From the IMG/VR virus record IMGVR_UViG_3300036945_000956: a DNA stretch of 64,000 nucleotides, one strand, 5' to 3'. Under the pieces are notes generated by a model. The model had not been told where the DNA came from. It did not search any database and saw only the letters and a program-made list of their open reading frames with translations. Of this stretch, positions 11,510 through 20,807 are shown piece after piece. Each line of letters begins with the position of its first letter. Position 1 is the first letter of the stretch. This DNA comes from a virus (lineage: Duplodnaviria; Heunggongvirae; Uroviricota; Caudoviricetes). The position numbers were made by a program, and so were the translations under genes.

Positions 11510-11925
11510 TATCTTACCCTGTTAAGTACTACGTTTAATGTTATTGGTGTTTGTATATTTATGACGCTAAACATGATGGTAATTGTAGCGCTATTTTGAT
11601 CATTAAAAAGATCACTCACATTTACAGAAATTAAATTGCATCTTGGTTCAAAGTTTTCTATAGTTGTTCTAATAAGATCTTTTAGAATGTATTGTGTTTC
11701 GGGATGAAGAATATTCTCAAACAACATTTTTCTGATATTAGAACCAAGTGTTGGATTAAATAGTCGTTCACCAGTATCGGTCAAAAGTAAATTTTTGATT
11801 GACTCTTTGATAGAATCCTCATCGGTATATCTAACAACATCACTATTTACTGGATTCAATAAAAGATCTTTTCTCAAATCAGAATATAATACATCCTGTT
11901 TTCTTACACTAGGTGTTATGATCAT
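11509..11925 (-). CDS. 25: Baseplate wedge protein gp25 (lysozyme-fold)
   Basis: 138 aa. The pattern YSDL..D...N, R.F.P..G, NFEPR and FSVI matches T4 gp25. Confidence 0.7.
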   Translation of the reverse strand: MIITPSVRKQDVLYSDLRKDLLLNPVNSDVVRYTDEDSIKESIKNLLLTDTGERLFNPTLGSNIRKMLFENILHPETQYILKDLIRTTIENFEPRCNLISVNVSDLFNDQNSATITIMFSVINIQTPITLNVVLNRVR

Positions 11926-11949
11926 TTAACTTCTCCTTTATAGTATTTA

Positions 11950-13521
11950 TCAGGTTCTAAGAGCAGCACGAACATCAGCATTCAATTGATCAATTTCTGC
12001 TGAAGAACCATTTCTAAATTGATCATTAAAATGCAATTTTAAAGCATTTGTGTGTGCTAATGGTCCAGATGTTTCAGTCCATTGTGATCTGTAATCTCGA
12101 ACATCAATATGAATAAAATTATTGTTACCACCAGAGTATGTGCCAATACCCATAGCACCTTCTTCACTAGCTGCTTTAATAAACTTCTCACCTGATTCAA
12201 AGTCTGTACCAAAACTACTTCTTGCCACATCAAGGGCCATACCTGACATATGATAACTATTTTTTGCGCCACCAATACTTCTATTATATGCAGGTGATCT
12301 ATATCCGGAATTAATGCTTAATTTCTTACCTAATTTTTCTGATATTCTCATACCAAGAATAAGAATATCAACAGTTAACTTTTTTACACCTATAGCATCT
12401 GTTGGATTATTCATTGAACCACCAATTGTGCTAAAGTCAAACCATTTTGTACCAGGATGATTACCTGTCAATATATCAGCAGCAGCTGCAGATATAATTG
12501 CTATTGCTGTAGCCTTTTCAGTTTCTGTAAAAGGTCTTGTATACCACTTTCCAGGTTTAGCTTGCCCTGCTTGATCAAGACCAGAATCAGCTCCATTGTT
12601 AAGGTTATCTGAAAGTTGTTTCTTTACAGCTTCAACATTATCATCACTCATTCTAAATGCACCAGCAGTAACAGCAGATAGACTGAATTCAGTTGAAGCA
12701 TTTGTTAATACATTTTTAACATCAGTGCAACTTTGTAAAGCATTTTGTAGTTCTGATAATGGACTACGCATAAATTGTTCAACAGCATTTGATAACTGAC
12801 AGAATCTATAAACAAGATACTCAATATTCTGTTGTGTGATATTAGTAAACTTATTTGAGGTTGATGCAATTACACCATTCACAGTATCTTTTAATGTCTG
12901 AATATTTAAATCACTAAAGAAGTCAGAAGTCTGTTGAACTGTATTTGCAATACCTTTAATAGATCCTAAACAGTTGCTAACTTGCTGTATTAATTGTGTG
13001 ACAAGTTGTGATAACTTTTCTTTTAATGTATCAATCAATGTTTCAATTAATTTTTGTATATTAAGTATTGCACCTATAACATTGTTAACAGTATTTAATG
13101 CATTAAAAACATCATTTAAGACACCAGAGAATATAGTACAAAAACCATCAGTACTTGATGAAAAGTTATTGGTGTAATATGTATTCAGATTTTCAAGATA
13201 TTGTAATGCAGTAATTGATAGTTGATTAGGATTTAATGCTTGAACCATACTTTGAGTTGTGCCAGTTGCAATTAAAAAGTCAGCATATTCAGTGGTACTA
13301 ATTGGACCACTATTTAATCTATCATATAACATTGGATAATCATATTCTTGTCTTGCCAATGTAACCAATAAATTTAAATCTGTTAGTGCTATAAGTAGAA
13401 ATGATTGATCATATTGTTTTGCAGAATCGTTTTGAAGATCAAATAGATCACCAACGGAAAGAATTTTATACTCTAACTCTGCTGTAGTTGAATTAAGATT
13501 AAAATATGGGCTACAAGACAT
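11950..13521 (-). CDS. Baseplate or tail protein with a C-terminal peptidase M15 (LAS-type zinc D-Ala-D-Ala carboxypeptidase-like) domain
   Basis: C-terminal SGYRSPAYNRSIGGAKNSYHMSGMALDV...FIHIDVR gives the SxHxxGxAxD plus HxD zinc-peptidase signature. The N-terminal two thirds are coiled-coil and Q/N/L rich. Confidence 0.55.
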   Translation of the reverse strand: MSCSPYFNLNSTTAELEYKILSVGDLFDLQNDSAKQYDQSFLLIALTDLNLLVTLARQEYDYPMLYDRLNSGPISTTEYADFLIATGTTQSMVQALNPNQLSITALQYLENLNTYYTNNFSSSTDGFCTIFSGVLNDVFNALNTVNNVIGAILNIQKLIETLIDTLKEKLSQLVTQLIQQVSNCLGSIKGIANTVQQTSDFFSDLNIQTLKDTVNGVIASTSNKFTNITQQNIEYLVYRFCQLSNAVEQFMRSPLSELQNALQSCTDVKNVLTNASTEFSLSAVTAGAFRMSDDNVEAVKKQLSDNLNNGADSGLDQAGQAKPGKWYTRPFTETEKATAIAIISAAAADILTGNHPGTKWFDFSTIGGSMNNPTDAIGVKKLTVDILILGMRISEKLGKKLSINSGYRSPAYNRSIGGAKNSYHMSGMALDVARSSFGTDFESGEKFIKAASEEGAMGIGTYSGGNNNFIHIDVRDYRSQWTETSGPLAHTNALKLHFNDQFRNGSSAEIDQLNADVRAALRT

Positions 13522-13530
13522 GTTTATTCC

Positions 13531-15234
13531 TTATACCGTATCATCAATTTGATTAATACTAATACCGCCGGTTGTCGGTGATGATTGTTTTTTAGTTGCA
13601 ATACCGGCAGTTGGTGGTTTTTCAATATTTGCTGCACCTTGAGTATCTGCTACGGTTGCAACAGAACCGTCATTAAGATGAACTTCAGTGCCTTTAATAG
13701 TGGCATTACCACCAGTTGCTTCAATTCCCACTGTTGCCGCATTTACATTGAAATTAGCACCTTTAACTGTAGTATCACCCACTGATTGTAATTGGATCCC
13801 TTCAGAAGATAGAACACCAACACCGCCTGCGGTTGCTGACAAGCCTACACGTGCAGACTTTATGTCTAATGATGTACCAGAGTTCAGTACAATATCACCA
13901 GCGGCTGCTATGTTAATGTTAGAGTTTGATGATATGCTTAAATCACCGACTGAGTGTAACTGAATACCACCATTTTCTACACGAATCGAATAACCACCAT
14001 CAGAAATATTTGTGGTATGACCACCGACCTGTTGTTCAAAGTCATTTATTGAAACTACATGTAAACGACCAATTGCCCCAATTGTTACATTACCATTTTG
14101 ATCTAATGCAATGTGAGCACCGCTCTTATGAATAATATTAATATGTTCATTGTTTTCACCATCACCACCATGCATTTCAATATACGAACCATTATAACTT
14201 GCATTAATTACTGTTGTATTATGTGATCCTCCAACAGCAAGACCTGGATGATAAAGATCACCAGTTGATTTTTGAAAGTTTGCAAGTGCTGGAGCTAGTG
14301 GTGTGTGATGAATGCCTTCACCAGTTCTCTGAGGCGGTAATGCACCCTGACCATATGATTCAATTGTTGATGATACTAATGGTGTATACGGTGCGGTTGA
14401 CGGAAGTGTTGATGTCACAATCCCTGGATCAGTGCCGGTAATTCTAAAATAGTCTTCCAACCAATTTTTTTGATATGTTGCCGAAGTTTGCCCACGATTT
14501 ACACTAAGTTGTTCGGCAGACATATTGCCTTGAGCATTTCCTGTAAACCAAACGTTTGGTATTGCAGCAACATTGTTATTATTCTTTGCAAGAATATCAT
14601 TTACATAGTGTCCGGCTACTGCATCTTGTATGGCTGGAGGTGCATCAGCTGCATGACTATATTCAGTACCAATACCTGCAGCTGTCGCACGTTCTTGCCA
14701 TGTCGAGTCAATAAATTGATAAGCACCTGAAGCTGTAGATCCTATAGCATTACCGTTTGCATCTCTCTCGACATATCTTGTTCCACCATTTTCAGCTGTG
14801 TAATCACCGCCTGATTCTCGAGCTTTAATTGTTCTAAGAACACCTTCTGCAGTACCTGAAACATATGCTGGTGTTGCATTATTCTGGGATTGATCATTAG
14901 CACTCATATCACCAACAGAGCCAGTAGGTTCTAATGTAGGAATCCCAAACTTTGGTGTTGGTATTACCCCAAAGATAAGTGGTTGTTGAGCATCACGTCC
15001 ATCAAGAAAAGCACCAAATACCAATTCACCAATGGCAAGTTTTGCAGAAACACTTACGTTATTAACAAGAACTGTTGCCCATGGTAAATCATCTGCACTA
15101 ACAGTGCCTTCTGCAATAGTAGGATGGAACCCAAAAGCTCTTACTTTTACACGGCCTTCGTGTTTAGGATCATTAATGCGCTGCACAATTCCCATAAACC
15201 AAGTAAGGTTATTTAAGCCCTCATATAATATCAT
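13531..15234 (-). CDS. 5: Baseplate hub and cell-puncturing protein gp5-like, with a central lytic-transglycosylase-like (GH23/SLT-type) domain and a C-terminal beta-helix
   Basis: N-terminal GIVQRINDPKHEGRVKVRAFGFHP resembles the T4 gp5 OB domain. The middle has RESGGDY...GSTASGAYQF.DSTWQ, which fits the E-S...GAxGxxQ SLT motif. The C-terminus is a GxxVxxG repeat beta-helix. Confidence 0.65.
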   Translation of the reverse strand: MILYEGLNNLTWFMGIVQRINDPKHEGRVKVRAFGFHPTIAEGTVSADDLPWATVLVNNVSVSAKLAIGELVFGAFLDGRDAQQPLIFGVIPTPKFGIPTLEPTGSVGDMSANDQSQNNATPAYVSGTAEGVLRTIKARESGGDYTAENGGTRYVERDANGNAIGSTASGAYQFIDSTWQERATAAGIGTEYSHAADAPPAIQDAVAGHYVNDILAKNNNNVAAIPNVWFTGNAQGNMSAEQLSVNRGQTSATYQKNWLEDYFRITGTDPGIVTSTLPSTAPYTPLVSSTIESYGQGALPPQRTGEGIHHTPLAPALANFQKSTGDLYHPGLAVGGSHNTTVINASYNGSYIEMHGGDGENNEHINIIHKSGAHIALDQNGNVTIGAIGRLHVVSINDFEQQVGGHTTNISDGGYSIRVENGGIQLHSVGDLSISSNSNINIAAAGDIVLNSGTSLDIKSARVGLSATAGGVGVLSSEGIQLQSVGDTTVKGANFNVNAATVGIEATGGNATIKGTEVHLNDGSVATVADTQGAANIEKPPTAGIATKKQSSPTTGGISINQIDDTV

Positions 15235-16568
15235 GCTGTTCCAATTCCATATCGTGATAATGTAAGTTTCTGTTTATATTCTTTATTTAGAAATTCATTT
15301 CGTATTTCATTCACCAAATAATAACCACTGCGTTCAACATCTATGTTTTTTGTATTACCTGAATTGGCTTTTGCTCTCAATGGTAACTGAAGATTGATTA
15401 CTGATCCAGCAACAATATCATTATGCCCATGAATTTCAACTTCAATGGTGTTTTGATCATATTGGTAAAAATATGAACCTTTCTTATTATATAGGTCAGA
15501 ATAATTAGCATCAAGTCTGACTGCAGGTCCTGAAACATCTGCAGGTGCTGTATAATCTTTTAAAACAAATCGAGTATACTTATCTGATATGACTTCATCA
15601 ATAAATTGTTTGCTGTGCGGTAACTTTATTTTATTATCTGAAAAGTCATCTAAAATACTATATGGTGTTTGAGGAATTAAAATAGTCCCATTTAAAATAT
15701 CAATTGCATATACGTTGCGTTTGTAAGCACCTTTGTTAATATCATTTATCGTATTTACTTTTTCACCAAAATTGATGTCACGAATATTAAACATCAGCGT
15801 ATATTGTGAATTAGCATCCATGTTTGGTAGATAGTTGTAATAGAAATTCTTTACTTCACCATCTTGCAATACACTTGGTGGTCGCATTTCAGTTTCAGAA
15901 ACTTTTGTTCCATAGCGTTTAATAACATACTCATTTGTTCCAAAAAAGTAACTATCTCTGTTTTCAAAGAAGCGATAAGACTGTGTATTTGAATCTGATT
16001 TATAAGCATAACGAGCAAAAAACAAAAACGTTTCAACAGGAGTAAGATTTGGAATGACAAGATTCTGAATGCCATCAGTTTCTTCAACATCTAATTCCTT
16101 TGGTTTTAAACGCTGTTGATCCATTGCTGCTTTAAATGTAGCATCAAAATGTAGTTTTACATAATCACTTATTTTCTGATTCTTAAATGCTTTCATGACT
16201 CTAAAGCTATCAGTAAGAACTCTAGGTGTTGATACAAAGTTTAATGTGTACTGAATTAATGTTTGGTTATTAGGATCTGAATATTTAATATCAGATACTG
16301 AAAAGACCATAAACACATCAGTTCTTACTTTACCAAAAAAGTCTTTATATATGAACTCAATATATTCTTCACCTATGACTGGCAATCTTGATAAAATATC
16401 ATCACTGTCAAAGAGTGTAGTTGTACCAGTCATAAATGGTGCTGACATTGATTCTGTGATAGTAAAACCAGACATTAAAGCAGACACTTCTATCTTGCTC
16501 TGTCTTGTATAGTCACTGAGATAAACACTCACAAGTTCGTATTGTCCAGCTTGAGTCAGACTAGGCAT
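15231..16568 (-). CDS. 27: Baseplate hub protein gp27-like
   Basis: 445 aa immediately upstream of the gp5-like gene. N-terminal composition and overall pattern resemble T4 gp27. Translationally coupled to its neighbours. Confidence 0.5.
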   Translation of the reverse strand: MPSLTQAGQYELVSVYLSDYTRQSKIEVSALMSGFTITESMSAPFMTGTTTLFDSDDILSRLPVIGEEYIEFIYKDFFGKVRTDVFMVFSVSDIKYSDPNNQTLIQYTLNFVSTPRVLTDSFRVMKAFKNQKISDYVKLHFDATFKAAMDQQRLKPKELDVEETDGIQNLVIPNLTPVETFLFFARYAYKSDSNTQSYRFFENRDSYFFGTNEYVIKRYGTKVSETEMRPPSVLQDGEVKNFYYNYLPNMDANSQYTLMFNIRDINFGEKVNTINDINKGAYKRNVYAIDILNGTILIPQTPYSILDDFSDNKIKLPHSKQFIDEVISDKYTRFVLKDYTAPADVSGPAVRLDANYSDLYNKKGSYFYQYDQNTIEVEIHGHNDIVAGSVINLQLPLRAKANSGNTKNIDVERSGYYLVNEIRNEFLNKEYKQKLTLSRYGIGTA

Positions 16569-17139
16569 TCAACAATCCCTTTAATTCTGATTCGGCTTGC
16601 GACGCATATGCTCTATTAAATAAGAATATGTTTCTTTTATTCTCATTCAGTTCAAGTTCATAATCATAAATTCGTACTGGGTACCAATCACCTGCAGTGA
16701 TCAATCCTAAATCTGCATTTAACAGATAAGTATCCTTACTGATTCTATTGTTCTCGGCATTCTGATACCATAGAATATTGCTGGTAAGTGATGCATTCTG
16801 TGTCCAATTAATAACACCATTTCCAACATATGCTGGATTTACTGCTTGTGCTTGTTCAGTATATTTCTTTATAATCATTTTTTCAAAGTCACTATTTGAT
16901 AATGGCCATTGAGAAACAGGGTCAATGATATTATTGGCCATGAATACAAGCCAAGTTTTACCCATATCATCATAATAATATAGAGCAATGTCTTCTGGCT
17001 TCTCACCATCTTTAATTGAATATGAAAGGAATGAAATAGGTGAACTATATAATTGTTGCTGAATAGCAGTTCGGCGAGTAATATTTACTACCGATTTGCC
17101 GTTGTATGTTACTGTTGGGAAAAATTTAAAGTAGTTCAT
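16561..17139 (-). CDS. Baseplate structural protein (gp53/gp26-size)
   Basis: 192 aa, inside the baseplate operon with 4 bp overlaps on both sides. Confidence 0.4.
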   Translation of the reverse strand: MNYFKFFPTVTYNGKSVVNITRRTAIQQQLYSSPISFLSYSIKDGEKPEDIALYYYDDMGKTWLVFMANNIIDPVSQWPLSNSDFEKMIIKKYTEQAQAVNPAYVGNGVINWTQNASLTSNILWYQNAENNRISKDTYLLNADLGLITAGDWYPVRIYDYELELNENKRNIFLFNRAYASQAESELKGLLNA

Positions 17140-18146
17140 CTTGGCTGTCTCCCGCTATTAGTTCCTGGTGCACCGGTTAGTATGTCTTGTCTAAATTGAT
17201 TCGGATTCGAAATAGGTTCATCAAGAGGTATAATGGTATCAGCACCACCGCCGTAATCATCACTTGTATGAATTTGCACCTCAGTCATCTCTAATGATAA
17301 TTCCACAACAACAGGCTTACCACCTTTAAAAACGTTTAATTGTTCACCTCCATTATATCGTACATCAAACCCAGTGATCATACATGGTTTTAATTTATAA
17401 TAATAATCCTGATTAATACCAAGAAATGTAACCATAACAAGTTTTGGGTATTTAAGAAGTGCATGTGTTAAAGCAGCAGGACCTGCGGCACCAACATATG
17501 CCGGTAACATATTTTTCTTAATTTCCTTAATAACATCTCTTAAAGCATCTGAATCTTTTTGACTTGACGGTGATAATCTCCAGTTAAAAGAATGGGATTT
17601 AAGTTTTACGCCTTTGAATTCCATTGTTTCAAATGAGTTAATAGCCTTACCCAAGAGAAGAGAACCTGTAGTTCCTGCTACTTGATTAGATACAACTGCA
17701 GTTCCACCTAAAAATGTTGTAAGGGCTGCAGCTATTGGACCTTTAAGTTGAGAAGTCGCGGCAGCTGCGGATCCTGCCACATTTTTCATTAAATCAGCAT
17801 AAAATCTAGCATTTGATTCAAAATCTTCACCGCCTTGATATGAACCAAAATCAGCTGCTGTACTTGTAATTGCTGCTATATTACCAGATACTGAACTTGC
17901 TTCAATACCTACAGAATCTCTTAATTGTAATGGTAATGGAAGAACAATAGAACCTTTTGAAATTTCATTTGCAAAATTTTCAGTGCCAAGTCCAATGTTT
18001 TCACTATATATATATTCCTTGAAATTCATAAGCATAACATATGGAATAGCTTCTGATGCTGGGAATCTAAGATTATCAATTGCAGTAGTACTATTTCTTC
18101 GCGCTGCAGCTATTACATAGTTTGGATTTTCTACAAAATTGGGCAT
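17136..18146 (-). CDS. Baseplate tail-tube cap or initiator protein (gp48/gp54-like)
   Basis: First gene of the minus-strand baseplate operon, 38 nt after a TATAAATA late promoter. The C-terminal segment has tube-fold-like beta-strand character. Confidence 0.4.
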   Translation of the reverse strand: MPNFVENPNYVIAAARRNSTTAIDNLRFPASEAIPYVMLMNFKEYIYSENIGLGTENFANEISKGSIVLPLPLQLRDSVGIEASSVSGNIAAITSTAADFGSYQGGEDFESNARFYADLMKNVAGSAAAATSQLKGPIAAALTTFLGGTAVVSNQVAGTTGSLLLGKAINSFETMEFKGVKLKSHSFNWRLSPSSQKDSDALRDVIKEIKKNMLPAYVGAAGPAALTHALLKYPKLVMVTFLGINQDYYYKLKPCMITGFDVRYNGGEQLNVFKGGKPVVVELSLEMTEVQIHTSDDYGGGADTIIPLDEPISNPNQFRQDILTGAPGTNSGRQPR

Positions 18147-18156
18147 AGTATTCCTT

Positions 18157-18191
18157 TATAAATACATATAAGCTTTAACATATTTATATGG
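18157..18191. promoter_or_regulatory. Divergent pair of T4-type late promoters (TATAAATA on each strand)
   Basis: Plus-strand TATAAATA at 18157 to 18164 sits 34 nt upstream of the ATG at 18198. Minus-strand TATAAATA (tatttata at 18184 to 18191) sits about 38 nt upstream of the ATG at 18146. Confidence 0.7.
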
Positions 18192-18197
18192 TTTTTC

Positions 18198-18656
18198 ATG
18201 GCAGCGTATCAAGGCAAATTTAAACCGAAGAATCCTTCTAAGTATAAGGGTGATCCTACAAATATTATTTATAGATCATCGTGGGAACTTAAGTTAATGG
18301 CATATTTGGATTCTCATCCGAATGTTATTAAATGGGGCTCGGAAGAGATTGTGATACCATATGAAAGTCCAGTTGACGGAAGAATGCATAGATACTTTCC
18401 AGACTTTTTTGTAGAGCAAATAAATAGAGATGGTAAAAAAGAAAAGATACTAATTGAAGTGAAACCAAAAGCACAGACAATAGCACCGAATCCAAGTACA
18501 AAGTTAACACCCAAGGGAATGTTGAATAAAAAATATATCAATGAAGTTATGACTTACGGCGTGAATATGGCAAAGTGGAAGGCCGCTGAGGAAGTCTGCA
18601 AGGATCGTGGCTGGATTTTTCGAATTATGACGGAAATAGAACTAGGAATCAAGTAA
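18198..18656 (+). CDS. 4: Head completion protein gp4-like (PD-(D/E)xK motif PDFFV...IEVKPK)
   Basis: 152 aa. The N-terminus K.KNPSKYKGDPTNIIYRSSWEL resembles T4 gp4 and its homologs. A late promoter lies upstream. Confidence 0.5.
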   Translation: MAAYQGKFKPKNPSKYKGDPTNIIYRSSWELKLMAYLDSHPNVIKWGSEEIVIPYESPVDGRMHRYFPDFFVEQINRDGKKEKILIEVKPKAQTIAPNPSTKLTPKGMLNKKYINEVMTYGVNMAKWKAAEEVCKDRGWIFRIMTEIELGIK

Positions 18657-19255
18657 TGGCAATACTATTCGATACTATATTATCAAAGGGTATTCGAGAA
18701 GGAAACATTCCTGCTCGTACTCAAGAAGCACGTGATTGGTATCGTAACACCGCTCAACAGCAAGGCAAGATCAACGAAACATCACTGCTTAAAGGTAGTG
18801 ATGCAACTCGTTTTACTAGTTCTCCTAGAATTGGTCAGATGTATATGTTTACCTATAACCCAAAGCACAAGGATACTTTGCCATATTGGGATAGATTTCC
18901 TCTTGTATTTCCATTCAGAAAAGTTCCAGGTGGATTTCTTGGTATGAATATGCACTATCTTCCATTGCCTTACAGAGCTAAGTTAATGGATGGCCTTTAT
19001 TCCATTACAAACAATACACTGTACAATGATACAACAAAGTTAAAGTTGAATTATGATTTATTAAATGGTGCTGCGCAATTTAAATACTTTAAACCAACAG
19101 TAAAGCATTATTTAAGCGATCATCTGACAAGTAAATTCTTATACATATTTCCTGCAGAGTGGGACGTAGCACTTTTTCTTCCCTTATCAAGATTCCAAAA
19201 AGCGGCGAATCAAAAAGTTTGGGCAGATTCAGTCAAAATTATCAGAGGTCGTTAA
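18656..19255 (+). CDS. Virion or DNA-end protein (gp2-position), hypothetical
   Basis: 199 aa. Its ATG overlaps the stop of the gp4-like gene. Trp and Pro rich. Confidence 0.35.
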   Translation: MAILFDTILSKGIREGNIPARTQEARDWYRNTAQQQGKINETSLLKGSDATRFTSSPRIGQMYMFTYNPKHKDTLPYWDRFPLVFPFRKVPGGFLGMNMHYLPLPYRAKLMDGLYSITNNTLYNDTTKLKLNYDLLNGAAQFKYFKPTVKHYLSDHLTSKFLYIFPAEWDVALFLPLSRFQKAANQKVWADSVKIIRGR

Positions 19256-19256
19256 C

Positions 19257-19952
19257 ATGGTATTTAAATTATCAGAATTCAAAAGTTCACTCAATAGCTA
19301 TGGAGTTGCTAAGACAAACACATATGAAGTAACAATTACGCCACCTCCTTTTGTACAAACATTTGCAAATATTAGTACTGAGGATTTAAGACAGTTATCA
19401 CTTCGTTGTTCTTCTGTTCAGTTGCCAGAACTTGATCTCTTAACAATACCATATTATTCAAGAGTAACTGGTGTTGCAGAGAATCGTGTCATTGGTGCAA
19501 ATCAGTTCAAAATAATTCCCATGGAATTTATTGTTGATGCAGATATGAAAAGTGCTAACTTTTTTCAAAGTTGGTTACAATTTATTGTTAACTATTACTC
19601 ATCAGGAAGTCCCTTTAATTCAATTAATGATGCTGATCAATTACCATATGAAGTATCATATATTAATGAATATGCAGCAACCATTGATATTGACGTTTAT
19701 CCTGGTGGTATGCAAGGTAATCCAGGTGAAGATGGTACCAATACTACTAAAATGCAGAAGTATAAATTAATTAAAGCATTCCCTGTGAACATGGGAAATA
19801 TTTCGTTGAATTGGAATAATACTGATGCTACATCGACTATGATTCTTCCAATTGGTTTTACATACAGTGCAATTGAAGTTCCAAAAATAAATCGTGGAAA
19901 AAATCTAGATCCAATTTCTGCTAATGGTGCTGCACTTAGTGGCACTTTTTAA
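19257..19952 (+). CDS. Tail tube family protein (gp19/gp54-like fold)
   Basis: N-terminal ..KTNTYEVTITPPP resembles gp19 PNLFQVEISYLG. C-terminal FPVNMGNISLNWNNTDA resembles gp19 LWPTNVGELQLDWDSNNE. Confidence 0.55.
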   Translation: MVFKLSEFKSSLNSYGVAKTNTYEVTITPPPFVQTFANISTEDLRQLSLRCSSVQLPELDLLTIPYYSRVTGVAENRVIGANQFKIIPMEFIVDADMKSANFFQSWLQFIVNYYSSGSPFNSINDADQLPYEVSYINEYAATIDIDVYPGGMQGNPGEDGTNTTKMQKYKLIKAFPVNMGNISLNWNNTDATSTMILPIGFTYSAIEVPKINRGKNLDPISANGAALSGTF

Positions 19953-19977
19953 ACTTATAATATAGAAAGATTTTAAA

Positions 19978-20652
19978 ATGAGTTTACCAAAAATTGAACT
20001 ACCACTATTTGAATTGACAGTTCCATCAAGTGGTAAAAAAGTAAAATATAGACCGTATAATGTACGTGAAGAAAAGATCTTATTAGTAGCACAAGAGAGT
20101 GATGATATAGACCAAACAATATTGGCTATTAAGCAGATCATTACAAACTGTGTGTATGATCTTGATGTAAATGAAATTCCAATGTTTGATCTTGAATATA
20201 TTATGTTAAATATTCGAGCAAAATCTGTTAATAATGAAATTGAATTTAATATCATTGATAATGAAACTGATGAAACAGTTACTTTGAAACTTGATATTAA
20301 TAATATAAAACTTATTCAGAATGAAAAGCATAGTAAAAAGATTGATCTTGATAATCATTATACTTTAATTATGAAATACCCTACAATTGATAAGATTAAT
20401 AGTGGTGAAGATCTTGTTATTAATTGTATTGATGTTCTTGTCAGTAATGACGGCGAAAAGGTTTATAAGTTATCTGAATATACTAAAGAAGAAATTGAAA
20501 AATTTATTGAAGAATTAAATCCAAAGAATATTGATTCAATCAAAGATTTTTTCAAAACAATACCAGTACTTAAAGTTGAAATACCATATAAAGATAAAAC
20601 TGGTGTTGATAAAACTTTTGTATTGGAGGGATTGAGTAATTTTTTTACTTAA
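19978..20652 (+). CDS. Hypothetical structural-module protein
   Basis: 224 aa ORF, acidic and Lys rich, in the plus-strand late operon. Confidence 0.4.
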   Translation: MSLPKIELPLFELTVPSSGKKVKYRPYNVREEKILLVAQESDDIDQTILAIKQIITNCVYDLDVNEIPMFDLEYIMLNIRAKSVNNEIEFNIIDNETDETVTLKLDINNIKLIQNEKHSKKIDLDNHYTLIMKYPTIDKINSGEDLVINCIDVLVSNDGEKVYKLSEYTKEEIEKFIEELNPKNIDSIKDFFKTIPVLKVEIPYKDKTGVDKTFVLEGLSNFFT

Positions 20653-20807
20653 TGGTGAGTCATACTTCTTTGATTCACCTATATACAAATATTTTTAAAT
20701 TGGTAACCATTCATAGATATGCATTAAGTGATATTGAAAACATGATACCATATGAATTAGAATTGTACATACATATGTTAACAGACCACATAGAGAAAGA
20801 TAACTAA

